Of a DNA stretch of 64,000 nt, positions 39,360 to 50,310 are shown piece by piece. The position numbers were made by a program, and so were the translations under genes. The stretch covers positions 96,001 to 160,000 of the forward strand of contig JAZDQA010000013.1 of NCBI GenBank assembly GCA_043797085.1. Reading direction: 5' to 3'. Each line of letters starts with the position of its first letter. Positions within the stretch are counted from its first letter, which is position 1. Under the pieces are notes generated by a model that saw only the letters and a program-made list of their open reading frames with translations, was not told where the DNA came from and made no database searches. The DNA is from Pseudomonadota bacterium. Its GTDB lineage: Bacteria > Campylobacterota > Campylobacteria > Campylobacterales > Sulfurimonadaceae.

Positions 39360-40097
39360 TTAAACAATAGTGTAAATAATCTCTTTTTTCTTCTTGGTTT
39401 GAATTATTTCACTCAAAACCAGCCCCTCAATATTCAATGCTAAAAATTCTTCTACACTCTGGACTTGATGCGTAGCTGCTGCGCGCAATACAACCCCTCG
39501 ATACGCTTTTGCCCAATGACTAACCACTTTACCCTCTTTTAAAAACTTCAATGTAGTGATTGGATTTTTGGGGATATAAAATTTATCATAAAACCCTGCA
39601 CGTAAATCTAATATCTCTTGATTGTCAATAATTGCATCCAGCGGATCACTAAAATGCTCTTTATAAAATTTTTCGCAAGCAAGCCCCTCTATCGAAGCTC
39701 CTTGTTTTAGTTTATAATCAGGTATTACATCCCCTGCACGAATCGGACCGAACAGATTAGAAAAAACGATGACATTTGAATCAATATATTCCTGAGCCGA
39801 TTCAGAGAGAGTAGGATAATTTAGATAATCATAGGCTACTCCATCGTAACGCAGTACTGCTTTCATTGTGGGAGCTTCATAAAAAGCAATTTTGTAGCGT
39901 TTGAACTCACCGGTATCTTTAATGCCAAAAAGGGCTTCAAGAGCTTCGTTGCACCCTTGACGAACGACTTTTTGATAACGCTCCATTATCTCAAGGCGTT
40001 TAGAATAATATTGGGGGAAAATCAATGAAGATTCACAAAGAGGAGGAAGCGTTCCCCCTTCACGTTTGCCTTCACTGGGTGCAAATAGAATAATCAT
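39360..40097 (-). CDS. yaaA: YaaA/UPF0246 family protein
   Basis: PSEGK, AVLRYDGVAY, SNLFG, YKLKQG, VSHWAKAYRG. Confidence 0.88.
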   Translation of the reverse strand: MIILFAPSEGKREGGTLPPLCESSLIFPQYYSKRLEIMERYQKVVRQGCNEALEALFGIKDTGEFKRYKIAFYEAPTMKAVLRYDGVAYDYLNYPTLSESAQEYIDSNVIVFSNLFGPIRAGDVIPDYKLKQGASIEGLACEKFYKEHFSDPLDAIIDNQEILDLRAGFYDKFYIPKNPITTLKFLKEGKVVSHWAKAYRGVVLRAAATHQVQSVEEFLALNIEGLVLSEIIQTKKKKEIIYTIV

Positions 40098-40100
40098 GGA

Positions 40101-41249
40101 TTAGTAGTATGCGGCAATTATCGCGTAGCTGATAAAGAACATCAGATGTGATGCCCCCTCAAAATAGTTGGTTTCGCCCTCTTCGGTCGTTTTCCATACC
40201 AATATGATTGTCAGCAGCAATGCCCCGATTTGAAGCGGATTAAAATCGAGGGTGAGATTGATCCCTGAGAAGTAAGCTAACATCATCAAAATCGGAACTG
40301 TTAAAATAATCGATACCGTAGACGCTCCCATAGCAATATTAACAACCCGTTGAATTTGGTCGTTACGAGCTGCACGTACTGCCGTAAATATTTCGGGTGA
40401 TACGCTGATAATGGCAATAACCAATCCTGCCAAACCTGCTGATATTCCGTATTCACGCGCAATTTTTACCCCATGTCCAGCGAATATTTCTGCCCCGAAA
40501 GCAATCATCCCAATCAAAACAAAAATAACAATAAAATTCATTACCGTACTGAGATGCTCGAAAATGTAGTCACTTGAATCATTTTCATCTATTTCGCCTT
40601 CACTCTCTTGAATCTTTCGTTTAAGGCGAAAAAAACGGCTTCGAGCAGTCGCTTTGAAAAAATGGGTATGCGTACGTGTTTGAAAAATAAAAATGATAAG
40701 ATAAAAGAACATCAATACGCCGGCAATCAAATGACTCACCTGCGTCAAAGACTCGATGCCATGATCGGTATGAGTTAACAATCCCGGTACTAAAAGTGCC
40801 GATGACGCAACGAATAAAACGGTACTGTAGGCACTGGATGTCTCTTTGTTATGCTGCTGCTGAGTAAAAGCAAGTCCACCTAAAAAGACAGAAAGACCAA
40901 GCAGTACATTTAAATCAACAATGACTGCAGAAATAATCCCCCCTTTGACTGTTTCAAGCACTTCAGGCGAATGGCGTACTTCTAACAAAATAATGTACAG
41001 AAGGATAATTTCAACAATAACGGCACTAAAAGTAAGTACGAAGCTTCCATAGGGTTCATGGAGGCGTTCTGAGAGAATGTCGGCAACCTCTGCAACTGTA
41101 AGAGAAAGAGCAGCAATAGCAATAGCAGATGCAAGCGTTGCGAGAGTTCCCTCACCTTGATAATGAGCGTAGAATGCAAATACAAGAGAGAATATTCCTA
41201 CAAAAATATCCCAGTAATCTTCTATAAAATAGCGAATTCGCCTATCCAA
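40101..41249 (-). CDS. Ca2+/H+ antiporter (CaCA/ChaA family)
   Basis: About 10-11 TM segments with two alpha-repeat-like motifs (SAVIVE, SVSPE) and TNYFEGA. Confidence 0.8.
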   Translation of the reverse strand: MDRRIRYFIEDYWDIFVGIFSLVFAFYAHYQGEGTLATLASAIAIAALSLTVAEVADILSERLHEPYGSFVLTFSAVIVEIILLYIILLEVRHSPEVLETVKGGIISAVIVDLNVLLGLSVFLGGLAFTQQQHNKETSSAYSTVLFVASSALLVPGLLTHTDHGIESLTQVSHLIAGVLMFFYLIIFIFQTRTHTHFFKATARSRFFRLKRKIQESEGEIDENDSSDYIFEHLSTVMNFIVIFVLIGMIAFGAEIFAGHGVKIAREYGISAGLAGLVIAIISVSPEIFTAVRAARNDQIQRVVNIAMGASTVSIILTVPILMMLAYFSGINLTLDFNPLQIGALLLTIILVWKTTEEGETNYFEGASHLMFFISYAIIAAYY

Positions 41250-41297
41250 GTGGATATCCTTTTGTGGTTAAAATTAAAATCATTGCACCTACACTCA

Positions 41298-42251
41298 TTA
41301 AATCCACCCTTTACGCTTGAAAAGGTAGAGAGGAAGTACGGATGAGCAAACCATCAAAAATATTGATACCAAATAACCATAATCCCATTGTAATTCAGGC
41401 ATAAAATCAAAATTCATCCCATAAATACTTGCAATCAATGTCGGCGGCAAGAAAATAACGTTCATAATGGCAAATATTTTAATAACTTTGTTTTGCTCAA
41501 TACTCAAAAGCCCTACGAAAATATTTTGGAGGTATTCGAGTCTCTCAAAATTAAAATCGGTATAATCAATCAATGATTTAATGTCTTTTAACATAATGGC
41601 GACATCATTTTTTAAAGCAGCTTTATACTTTGTTGATTTTAAAAAAGAGCTCAGAATACGTTGTTTGTCGTTAAGATTTTCACGCAGTTGCATGTTCAAG
41701 TCTTCTAATGATGAAATACGTTCCAGTATCTCTTCATCATCATTGGTATAGTCCGTAAAAACGTGCTTACGAAGACGGGTAATATCACGCGAAAGTTTTT
41801 CAATAACGTCCGCATCCGCATCGATTCTAATATCTAAAATTTGACAAAAAATATCATAACCACTCTCAAATTGTTTGGGTGCAGCAAAAAATTTCCGATT
41901 AAATTCATCAAAAGTGTAAAGTGATGTATAGCGAATAGAGATAAGAAGATTTTTATAGAGGATAAACGATACGGTTTCATTATGCGAATTTTGAGCAGCA
42001 TTAATCAGGAAAAAGCTATTAATCTCGATACGGTCATTCTCTTCCCAATAACGCGAACTGATCTCGATCTCTTCGGTCTCTTGCTTGGTCGGGAATTTAA
42101 TGTCAAAGGTATTTTCGATAAAAACAATCTCATCGTAGGTTGGCATCAACATATCAATCCAAATTACTTTGTCAATATTGTCTCCATCAAGCTCACTCAT
42201 CGTATCGATTAGGGCAATGGCATTCTCATTTTTTACAAAACATTTAATCAT
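41298..42251 (-). CDS. corA: Mg2+/Co2+ transporter CorA
   Basis: PPTLIASIYGMNF..MPEL signature. Confidence 0.96.
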   Translation of the reverse strand: MIKCFVKNENAIALIDTMSELDGDNIDKVIWIDMLMPTYDEIVFIENTFDIKFPTKQETEEIEISSRYWEENDRIEINSFFLINAAQNSHNETVSFILYKNLLISIRYTSLYTFDEFNRKFFAAPKQFESGYDIFCQILDIRIDADADVIEKLSRDITRLRKHVFTDYTNDDEEILERISSLEDLNMQLRENLNDKQRILSSFLKSTKYKAALKNDVAIMLKDIKSLIDYTDFNFERLEYLQNIFVGLLSIEQNKVIKIFAIMNVIFLPPTLIASIYGMNFDFMPELQWDYGYLVSIFLMVCSSVLPLYLFKRKGWI

Positions 42252-43126
42252 GACAACACCTCTTTATTGAATCGTTCTTTATAACTGCATTTTTGACACA
42301 ATTCTTCATGCGCAACATGACGTGCAAAGCTGCTCACAATATCACAAGAACGTTTGGATGATAGAATTTTACCCAAATTTGTTGCGTGTAGGTTACCAAG
42401 TTCCATCACACCCTCTCCATCCAAACAACAAGGGACGACTCGTCCATCAGCTAAAATAGCGATTTGTTTACTCAAACCATGACAATAGCCATCGCCTACA
42501 GCCTCATTTTTAAGGCTTGGCCATTGAAAATAGCGGTCAAAATGGAGTAGTATTTTCGATGCTAACCGAATCGATTGGCGTTCACCGCTTAGATTTTCTG
42601 CAAGTAATTTAAGCTCAAAGTGTTTTTCAATCACTCCAAAAAGCTGCTCATTAAACTCGGACTCACTGAAAATATCATCAAGATTCCATAGTCGTAGATT
42701 AATGAAAAAATCACTTTTTTTATCAAGTTTCTCATCACAAAGAGATAAAATTTGCTCTAAATAAGCTTCAAAACTACGAGCGACGCTATTTTTATTAAAA
42801 CTATTGAGGGAAATATTGACTTGACGGATGGAAGGGTGAAAAAGAGTAGATCGGCGCTGTTCATCGAGATAAAAACCACTCGTGGTAATCATCACCTTAA
42901 AACCTAATGCATGAGCGCAATCGAGATAATCACCAAGATTTGACAACACCATCGGGTCACCCATAACATGCAAAGCTATCTCATCAGTATACGGCTTTAA
43001 CTCTTTTAGCACTTGTTCAAAAAACGAGAGTTCCATTGTCTGTGTCGGAGACTCTTTGGGGGGGCAAAAACTGCACGCTAAACCGCAAATATTAGTTATT
43101 TCAATGTAGGCACGGAAAAATTTCAC
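42248..43126 (-). CDS. Radical SAM protein with C-terminal SPASM/twitch-like domain
   Basis: CGLACSFC motif; C-terminal YC..PCC..CQKC. Confidence 0.88.
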   Translation of the reverse strand: MKFFRAYIEITNICGLACSFCPPKESPTQTMELSFFEQVLKELKPYTDEIALHVMGDPMVLSNLGDYLDCAHALGFKVMITTSGFYLDEQRRSTLFHPSIRQVNISLNSFNKNSVARSFEAYLEQILSLCDEKLDKKSDFFINLRLWNLDDIFSESEFNEQLFGVIEKHFELKLLAENLSGERQSIRLASKILLHFDRYFQWPSLKNEAVGDGYCHGLSKQIAILADGRVVPCCLDGEGVMELGNLHATNLGKILSSKRSCDIVSSFARHVAHEELCQKCSYKERFNKEVLS

Positions 43127-43878
43127 GGTAAAAAAGCGACGATCCCTGCAGTGATAGCAACATTAAGCGATTCCACTCCACGGTGCATTGGAATGGAGAC
43201 ACGTAATGTTGAGAGTTCTTCGATTTCACGGCTGACTCCCTCACTCTCATTACCCAACACAAAAATAGCACGAGCAGGGATTTGGAGAGAATAAATATCA
43301 TCTTTTGCATGGGAAGAGAGGGTAATAACACTTGCATTTTTCAAAGGTAAAACATCACTCAACGTCTCACAATAGTAAATAGGGATTTTAAACAGCGTCC
43401 CTGCACTTGCTTTCATCACAAGAGGGGATAGTTTGGTGCTGTTTCGTTTAGGCAAAATAATTCCATCAACACAGCTTGCCGCACATGAGCGAATAATCAT
43501 CCCTAAATTAGCAGGATTATTAATTCCATCCAAAGCTAATAATCGAAAATTGTTTGGAAAATCATTAGAGATAGATTGGGCATTTCGATAGTTTTGCGCT
43601 TCTACGTCCAGCGCCACCCCTTGATCTTGGGAGCTATTTTTTGAAATTCGAGACAAAGCATCTTTAGTATGGTATTTAATCTCAATACCGCGAGCTTCCG
43701 CCAAAGAGAGTATCTCTTCAATGGTTTCATCACTACGATTGCTTTTAGAAAGATGAAGCTTATGAACTTTCACGTTCGTATCTCGCAGTATCTCCACCGC
43801 AACATTGCGGCCATAGAGAGTTATTAACGAATCAAAAAAAGCTTTCTTCTTTAAATATTCAGGAGAATCAATCATCAA
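43123..43878 (-). CDS. TrmH/SpoU family RNA 2'-O-methyltransferase
   Basis: NPANLGMIIRS, GNESEG, ESLNVA. Confidence 0.92.
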   Translation of the reverse strand: MMIDSPEYLKKKAFFDSLITLYGRNVAVEILRDTNVKVHKLHLSKSNRSDETIEEILSLAEARGIEIKYHTKDALSRISKNSSQDQGVALDVEAQNYRNAQSISNDFPNNFRLLALDGINNPANLGMIIRSCAASCVDGIILPKRNSTKLSPLVMKASAGTLFKIPIYYCETLSDVLPLKNASVITLSSHAKDDIYSLQIPARAIFVLGNESEGVSREIEELSTLRVSIPMHRGVESLNVAITAGIVAFLP

Positions 43879-45791
43879 ATTTTCGATGCAATTGCTTCTG
43901 CAGTAAATCCAAAATGTTTAAAGAGTTGATCCGCCGGAGCACTTGCACCAAAACTCTCCATGGCAATCACCGTATCGGCAAATCGGTACCACTCTAATCC
44001 TCGGGCTGCTTCAATAGCTACTTTTTTTGTACCTGGTTTGATAATGGAATCAATGTAGCTTTGAGACTGTTCAAGTAGTAAATCAAAACATGGTACACTG
44101 ACAATATTCGCAATCAATCCACGCTCACGTAGTTCTTTTGCTGTCTCAATTGCAAGAGAAACTTCAGACCCAGAAGCCATTAATGTAACCGTTGCATTAG
44201 CCTCTTCGATAAGTAAATAGCCTCCATTTTCAACATCGCCCAAAGTAGGTGCTGATAATACAGGAAGGTTTTGGCGTGAACATACAAATGCACTTGGAGA
44301 ATTTTTCATCGTCAATGCTTTTTTCCATGATTTGACATTCTCTGCTCCATCGGCAGGACGGTAGACGTAAAAATTTGGTAATGCACGAAATTGACTCAAA
44401 TGTTCAATCGGCTGATGCGTAGGGCCATCTTCACCCACCCCAATACTGTCATGCGTCCAAATGAAAAACTGTTGAATTCCGGCAAGCGCTGCAATACGTG
44501 CAGAGGGTTTAAGATAATCGCTAAAGACAAAGAATGTCGCACTAAATGGAAGTATTGGGCCATACAATGCCATTGCATTCGTAATCGATGCCATTGCGTG
44601 TTCACGAATCCCAAAATGGATATTTTTCCCTTTTGGAAACTCGCCCATATTAGTGAGTTCTGTTTTATTTGACGGTGCTAAATCCGCCGAACCGCCTAAA
44701 AATCCTGGGATTGCTTTTGCAATAGCATTAAGGATAATCCCGTTTGTGTTGCGTGTAGCATCGGCTTTTTCAAATGTTGGCCACTGGATACGGCTAAAAT
44801 CAGGATTAAGAAGCTGTTCATACGCTTCATTTTGCTCCATCAACGGTAGCTCTTTAAGACGATGATTCCATTCTCGCTCTGCCAAGTCCCCTTTTTCAAT
44901 GCCGCATCGGAAACGCTCCAACACATCCGCATCTACCGCAAAAGTAGCTTCCGGATCAAATCCTGCTGCTGCCTTTGCTTCTTTGATAATATCATGCCCC
45001 AATGGTGCACCGTGAGCATGATGAGAACCCTCTAGTTTTCCTGCACCCTTTGCAATGAGAGTATTGGCAATAATCAAAACAGGACGTTCGATAAGTTTGG
45101 CTTGTGCAAAAGCACCGTCTATCTCATCAAAATTATGCCCATCTATCTCTAATACCGCCCAGTTTTGAGACTCGAAACGATCTCGAATATTTTCACTCAA
45201 ACTAAGCTCGGTTGAGCCCTCAATCGTAATACGATTGGAATCATAAATAAGAACCAAATTATCAAGCCCCATATGCCCTGCGATCGAACATGCTTCATAA
45301 CTGATCCCCTCTTCTAAATCGCCATCACCGCACAAGCAATAAACGGTATGGTCAATCATACTTGCAGTTTCAGAGTTTACTTTGTGCCCTACAAATTTAG
45401 ATGCCATTGAAAAACCTACGGCATTGGCAATCCCTTGCCCCAAAGGACCTGTGGTGATCTCAATTCCTGCCGTATGAGCATACTCAGGATGACCCGGAGT
45501 TTTAGAATGAAGTTGACGAAACTGTTTTAAATCCTCAATCTCTAAACCGTATCCCCATAGATGATTAAGGGAATAAATCAATCCCGTGCCATGTCCTCCA
45601 GAAAATACCAGACGGTCGCGGTTAAGCCATTTTGGATTACGTGGATTGTGCACCATGTATTCGGACAATACAACTGCAATATCTGCAAGCCCCATAGGTG
45701 CACCCGGATGACCGGAGTTTGCTTGTTGTACCATATCGGCTGCTAAAAATCGAATTGTATCTGCCATTTTTTGGCGCATTGCATTGCTCAT
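43875..45791 (-). CDS. tkt: Transketolase
   Basis: SGHPGAPMG, GDGDLEEG, HFGIREHAM, GEDGPTHQP. Confidence 0.98.
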   Translation of the reverse strand: MSNAMRQKMADTIRFLAADMVQQANSGHPGAPMGLADIAVVLSEYMVHNPRNPKWLNRDRLVFSGGHGTGLIYSLNHLWGYGLEIEDLKQFRQLHSKTPGHPEYAHTAGIEITTGPLGQGIANAVGFSMASKFVGHKVNSETASMIDHTVYCLCGDGDLEEGISYEACSIAGHMGLDNLVLIYDSNRITIEGSTELSLSENIRDRFESQNWAVLEIDGHNFDEIDGAFAQAKLIERPVLIIANTLIAKGAGKLEGSHHAHGAPLGHDIIKEAKAAAGFDPEATFAVDADVLERFRCGIEKGDLAEREWNHRLKELPLMEQNEAYEQLLNPDFSRIQWPTFEKADATRNTNGIILNAIAKAIPGFLGGSADLAPSNKTELTNMGEFPKGKNIHFGIREHAMASITNAMALYGPILPFSATFFVFSDYLKPSARIAALAGIQQFFIWTHDSIGVGEDGPTHQPIEHLSQFRALPNFYVYRPADGAENVKSWKKALTMKNSPSAFVCSRQNLPVLSAPTLGDVENGGYLLIEEANATVTLMASGSEVSLAIETAKELRERGLIANIVSVPCFDLLLEQSQSYIDSIIKPGTKKVAIEAARGLEWYRFADTVIAMESFGASAPADQLFKHFGFTAEAIASKI

Positions 45792-45794
45792 TAT

Positions 45795-46643
45795 TTATTC
45801 CTTATGTCGGTTAATGTAGTGGGTAAGTGTTGGTGACAATTCACGCTGTAAATTCTCATCAAAACTTTCCATTTGAAGCGTTAGTTTAGACGCTAACGCA
45901 TTGGCTTCTTCCATCGATTTTTTTAATCCTAAAAGAGTGACAAAACTATTTTTCGCTTCATCATTGTTAGTTGTTTTTCCGGCACTCATAGAGTCTTGAG
46001 TCACATCCAAAATATCATCTTGGATTTGAAATAACAAGCCTAAATCAATCCCAAAATCATAAAGCTCTTGTGCAATATCATCACGTCCTACAATAATCGC
46101 ACCCATTTTTAGCGATGCTGCGATGAGCTTACCCGTCTTATGAATATGGAGCATTTTGATTTGCTCCAAGCCAAGGGGAGTGTTTTCAAAGTAACAATCA
46201 ATCGCTTGACCCAAAACCATACCGTTCAATCCTCCGTTGTGAGAGAGTTCACGAATGAGTTTAACAATTACCTTATCACTTAAAGCAGCATTAGACAACA
46301 CTTCAAAAGCATAGGTATTGAGAGCATCACCTGCCAAAATAGCAGTCACCTCGCTGTAGGTTTTGTGGAGCGTTGGTACACCTCGACGTAAATCAGCATT
46401 ATCCATTGCAGGTAAATCATCATGGATAAGCGAATAGGTATGGAGAAGTTCGATGGCTAATGCCGGGGCATAAGCATTTTGAATTAAAAGAGGATTATAC
46501 GCTTGGACAACACCAAGTAGCAACGCTGGACGAAACCGTTTCCCGCCACCGGTAAGCATTTGATGAAGTGCAGCTTCGTAATTTGGATGAAAACTAGGAG
46601 CAATAGGCAAATGTGCCAATAAATACGCTTCAAACTGCTCCAT
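45795..46643 (-). CDS. ispA: Geranyltranstransferase / FPP synthase
   Basis: GGKRFRP, HDDLPAMD, FQIQDDILD. Confidence 0.93.
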   Translation of the reverse strand: MEQFEAYLLAHLPIAPSFHPNYEAALHQMLTGGGKRFRPALLLGVVQAYNPLLIQNAYAPALAIELLHTYSLIHDDLPAMDNADLRRGVPTLHKTYSEVTAILAGDALNTYAFEVLSNAALSDKVIVKLIRELSHNGGLNGMVLGQAIDCYFENTPLGLEQIKMLHIHKTGKLIAASLKMGAIIVGRDDIAQELYDFGIDLGLLFQIQDDILDVTQDSMSAGKTTNNDEAKNSFVTLLGLKKSMEEANALASKLTLQMESFDENLQRELSPTLTHYINRHKE

Positions 46644-46685
46644 ACATCCCCACTATTTTTTAGTGAAAGTTTAACATATTGAGGC

Positions 46686-47051
46686 TTATATCTTTTCGAT
46701 TATATCGGTAATCGCATTATCATCATCGACCAACACCACCGTTGGTTTATACGTTTCAAGCTCTTGATCATTATAAGTCGCATACGCAACAATAATAATC
46801 TTATCTCCCTTGTGAACCTTTCGTGCTGCTGCTCCATTGAGACAAACATCACGCGCTCCGCGCTCGCCGAGAATGATATAGGTTGAAAACCGCTCACCGT
46901 TATTAATATTAAGAATTTCTACTTTTTGCCCCACACGCATTTTTGAAGCTTCAAGAAGTTCTTCATCGATTGTAATCGAACCAACGTAATTAAGATTAGC
47001 GTCGGTCACCGTGGCACGATGGATTTTGCTGTAAAGCATCTCGATTAACAT
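46686..47051 (-). CDS. panD: Aspartate 1-decarboxylase
   Basis: [22 protein letters not shown]. Confidence 0.98.
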   Translation of the reverse strand: MLIEMLYSKIHRATVTDANLNYVGSITIDEELLEASKMRVGQKVEILNINNGERFSTYIILGERGARDVCLNGAAARKVHKGDKIIIVAYATYNDQELETYKPTVVLVDDDNAITDIIEKI

Positions 47052-47054
47052 ATT

Positions 47055-47429
47055 TTAGCGCCCCATCTGTTTCATCATGGCTTCAGGACTGATTGCATCA
47101 TCCCATAATTCAGCAGGAATAACATACTCTTGCACGACTTCGCCACCAAGAATATGACGATCGATTATTTCATTGATTTTCTCTTTTGTAAGAGCGGAAT
47201 ACATTACATGACCTGGCTCTACAAGCATAATCGGACCTACATTACAACGATTCATACACGATGTACGAATAGGCTGTACCGTACCGATAATCCCTTTTTG
47301 CATCAAAGTCTGTGCCAGATGTTGAAACAAATCCTGTGTCTGTGGATTCACACAACTTGGTTTTGGCATCCCCGGAGGTGAGCTTTGTTCGCATTTAAAA
47401 ATATAAAACGCCGGTTGAGGAATACCCAT
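47055..47429 (-). CDS. Thioredoxin-like [2Fe-2S] ferredoxin
   Basis: Four Cys including CMNRCNVGP, followed by YSALT..IIDRH. Confidence 0.85.
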   Translation of the reverse strand: MGIPQPAFYIFKCEQSSPPGMPKPSCVNPQTQDLFQHLAQTLMQKGIIGTVQPIRTSCMNRCNVGPIMLVEPGHVMYSALTKEKINEIIDRHILGGEVVQEYVIPAELWDDAISPEAMMKQMGR

Positions 47430-47537
47430 CGTAACGCTCCTTCAAATAGTGTATGTGCAGTAATACCGCAAAATAATGGCGGTATTATAGCCAAATTGTA
47501 CAAGTGCATCGTTAGTTCCAGAAAACAATTTCTGAGT

Positions 47538-48833
47538 TTAAATCTCTTTTAACAACTCACGAGCTACTACACGATCATCAAACGGGAGATGTTGATCGTA
47601 AATAATCTGAGAGGTTTCATCCCCTTTACCCAAAATCAGGACCACTTCATCCCCTGATCTATCATGAAGAGCTTGCGCTATGGCGCTACGCCGATTCACA
47701 TTCACAAAGACTTTACTCTTATCGTCAATGCCCGCCAAGATTTCTTCTATGATAGTATCAGGATCTTCAAAACGGGGATTGTCACTCGTGACATACACTT
47801 TTTTAGCGTACATCGAAGCAACTCGCCCCATCATTGGACGCTTAGTACGGTCACGATCACCGCCCGCACCAAATACGACCAATACTTCTTTTTCTTTGAG
47901 GGCATTAAGGACTTGCTCCATCCCATCAGGAGTGTGTGCAAAATCGACAATAACCAAAGGCGACTCGCTCACCACCTCCATACGTCCGCTCACCCCTCCG
48001 AAATTTTCAACCACTTCGGTAATTTTTTCTAAAGAGTCACCGCTTAGCAAATGAACGGCCGCCATTGCAGCCGTAATGTTATAGAGATTAAAAAATCCAT
48101 GCAAGGACGTAGCAAATGTAACATGCTCTTCAAAATGTTTTAGGACACCACTTACCCCATTGTTGAGTGAATACGCCAATATTTTGTAGGTAGCAGGATT
48201 TTCAATACCGTAGGTAAAGGCATTTTTAAAGTTAAATTGCGCATGAGGTTCATCTTTATTAATCAGTTTTTTCGACTCATCGGTAAAAAAGAGATTTTTA
48301 ATACGGATATATTCTTCAATACTTTCATGATAATCTAAATGATCTTGGGTAATATTGGTGAGAATTTTCAAGTCAAAATGTATTCCGGCAATACGCTCTT
48401 GCTCAATCGCGTGTGAGCTCACTTCCATAATAAAATACTCACATCCGCTTTGAATGGCTTGGAGCATATGTCGATAAGTATTGAGCACCGTTGGAGTCGT
48501 AAGTGTTTTTCCCTCAGCACTCTCATCGTTCATAAAAAACCCGCGCGTCCCCTGCATGGCGCACTTATGTCCCAAATCAAGTAAAATTGAATAAATGGCA
48601 CTCGCCGTCGTGGTTTTACCGTTTGTCCCCGTAATCCCTACTACTTTGATCCGATTTAGACCAAAAAGGTTCCAACATTCATCAGGAGTTAAAATAGTAT
48701 GAGCCCCTCTGCTTTGTGCATCGGCTTTAAATTTTTCATTTTGTTTAGTTGCTAAAAACGCACATAACTCGTCACATTCCATTGAGTTTTCAGAAATATA
48801 ACGATAAGGCTGATTGGAAATCTCAATTTTCAA
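47538..48833 (-). CDS. murE: UDP-MurNAc-dipeptide:meso-DAP ligase
   Basis: GITGTNGKTT, MEVSSH, DHLDYH, DFAHTPD, DNPR; TTG start chosen from RBS spacing. Confidence 0.95.
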   Translation of the reverse strand: MKIEISNQPYRYISENSMECDELCAFLATKQNEKFKADAQSRGAHTILTPDECWNLFGLNRIKVVGITGTNGKTTTASAIYSILLDLGHKCAMQGTRGFFMNDESAEGKTLTTPTVLNTYRHMLQAIQSGCEYFIMEVSSHAIEQERIAGIHFDLKILTNITQDHLDYHESIEEYIRIKNLFFTDESKKLINKDEPHAQFNFKNAFTYGIENPATYKILAYSLNNGVSGVLKHFEEHVTFATSLHGFFNLYNITAAMAAVHLLSGDSLEKITEVVENFGGVSGRMEVVSESPLVIVDFAHTPDGMEQVLNALKEKEVLVVFGAGGDRDRTKRPMMGRVASMYAKKVYVTSDNPRFEDPDTIIEEILAGIDDKSKVFVNVNRRSAIAQALHDRSGDEVVLILGKGDETSQIIYDQHLPFDDRVVARELLKEI

Positions 48834-49416
48834 TCTCATCTCCTTTTGCCAAACGACGAAGCAGATTGCGAAGCTGTGTATCATTAGGATAGACACCCAA
48901 TGCACTCTCTAAATAGCTTAATGCCATCTCTTTGTATCCATTATCAATCAAATTATCCAAGAAATCAACAAAGTCTTCTTTTTCGGTAATAATAACGCGT
49001 GTTGAAAACATAATATTTTCAAAAATACGCTTGAAGTCATTTTCATTAAGAACCAGTTCTTTAAATTCAGAGTACATAATACCATCAGCAAATTCTAACC
49101 GTTGCCCAAGTCCCTCACTAAACAATCCTGCTAATTGTTCCAGTGTTCCGTCCATAGTTTCAAGTATTTCAGAAATAACGACATCCGCTGACTCGGCATC
49201 TTCATTGCGTAAAATTGCATAATAATCAAACAGTGCTTCCGCACCACCCTCACCGCTCATTGCCATATCACACAAAATAGCCCCATTATACGCTTCTTTG
49301 GATAAAGGATCTTCACGCAGGACTAAAGAATAATCTCTCAGTGCATCACGGTACTGACCCGCCATAAAATGCTCATTAGCAAGAGTGAGGGTTTTGGAGT
49401 ATTTGTTTGTTTTCAT
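48823..49416 (-). CDS. Hypothetical TPR-like protein
   Basis: TPR-like helices; between nifU and murE, as in other Campylobacterota. Confidence 0.7.
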   Translation of the reverse strand: MKTNKYSKTLTLANEHFMAGQYRDALRDYSLVLREDPLSKEAYNGAILCDMAMSGEGGAEALFDYYAILRNEDAESADVVISEILETMDGTLEQLAGLFSEGLGQRLEFADGIMYSEFKELVLNENDFKRIFENIMFSTRVIITEKEDFVDFLDNLIDNGYKEMALSYLESALGVYPNDTQLRNLLRRLAKGDEIEN

Positions 49417-49460
49417 AATATCCCTCCAGTATTTATAACTATATCGTCAAAAAGTAAAAA

Positions 49461-49736
49461 TTAAAGTGATTCAATTGAATCTTCCATCCCGAGCGGAACA
49501 TTTACAACGGTCAGCTCAGGATGTATATCCATACGAAGTTGACGCTCTACTCCGTATTTAAGAGTATTACCGCTGCTTCCGCATCCGACACATGCCCCCT
49601 GTAACTGTACATATACCGTTCCATTTTTAACATTTAAAAAAGCAATATCACCACCATCGAGCGCGAGTGAGGGACGTACTTTATCAATAACTTGACGCAC
49701 TGGTTGCATCAACTCTTCATCTGTGAAAGGAATCAT
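49461..49736 (-). CDS. NifU/NfuA C-terminal domain protein
   Basis: VRPSLALDGG..GACVGC. Confidence 0.92.
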   Translation of the reverse strand: MIPFTDEELMQPVRQVIDKVRPSLALDGGDIAFLNVKNGTVYVQLQGACVGCGSSGNTLKYGVERQLRMDIHPELTVVNVPLGMEDSIESL

Positions 49737-49864
49737 ATTATTTACCCTTTTTTTTACTGCGAATTCATCATGACACTATAAGAAATTTGGACTAAACAAG
49801 GAGTAATGCAATGACGGTAATTTTTAGATGAAGTTCTTTTTAAGCGGTGGGGGTGTTGAACTCG

Positions 49865-50215
49865 TTAGACGAGTTCAATAGTTGCCATATGGGTAGCATC
49901 ACCACGACGAATACGAGTTTTAACGATACGAGTATATCCGCCGTTACGCTCTGTATATTTAGGAGCAACTTCGCCAAGAAGGTTTTTTGTTGCTTCTTTA
50001 TTTTGTAAAACAGCAAATATTGAGCGATGCGCATTTGCATCACCAACACGTGCAGTTGTAATTAATTTTTCAGCAAATGAACGTAATTCTTTTGCTTTAA
50101 TCAACGTTGTTTCAATTTTACCATGCTCAAACAATGAAATACTAAGATTGGTCAACAACGCTTCACGATGTGAGCTTGTTCGACCTAACTTACGGTATCC
50201 GTGGCGATGTCTCAT
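49865..50215 (-). CDS. rplQ: 50S ribosomal protein L17
   Basis: [25 protein letters not shown]. Confidence 0.99.
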   Translation of the reverse strand: MRHRHGYRKLGRTSSHREALLTNLSISLFEHGKIETTLIKAKELRSFAEKLITTARVGDANAHRSIFAVLQNKEATKNLLGEVAPKYTERNGGYTRIVKTRIRRGDATHMATIELV

Positions 50216-50310
50216 GAGATCTCCTACTTTATATTTTTATACGACAAAAGGATTGAATCCTTTTGCCTACGTTAACACTGGATTTACTTTAAGCGTAAAT
50301 CCAAGGCTAC

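Noticed and set aside
43058..43064. G7 tract in the radical SAM gene, and A9 at 8189-8197, as phase-variable tracts
   Set aside because: Both ORFs are intact, the lengths are borderline, and the tracts are explained by Pro-Pro and Lys-Lys codons.
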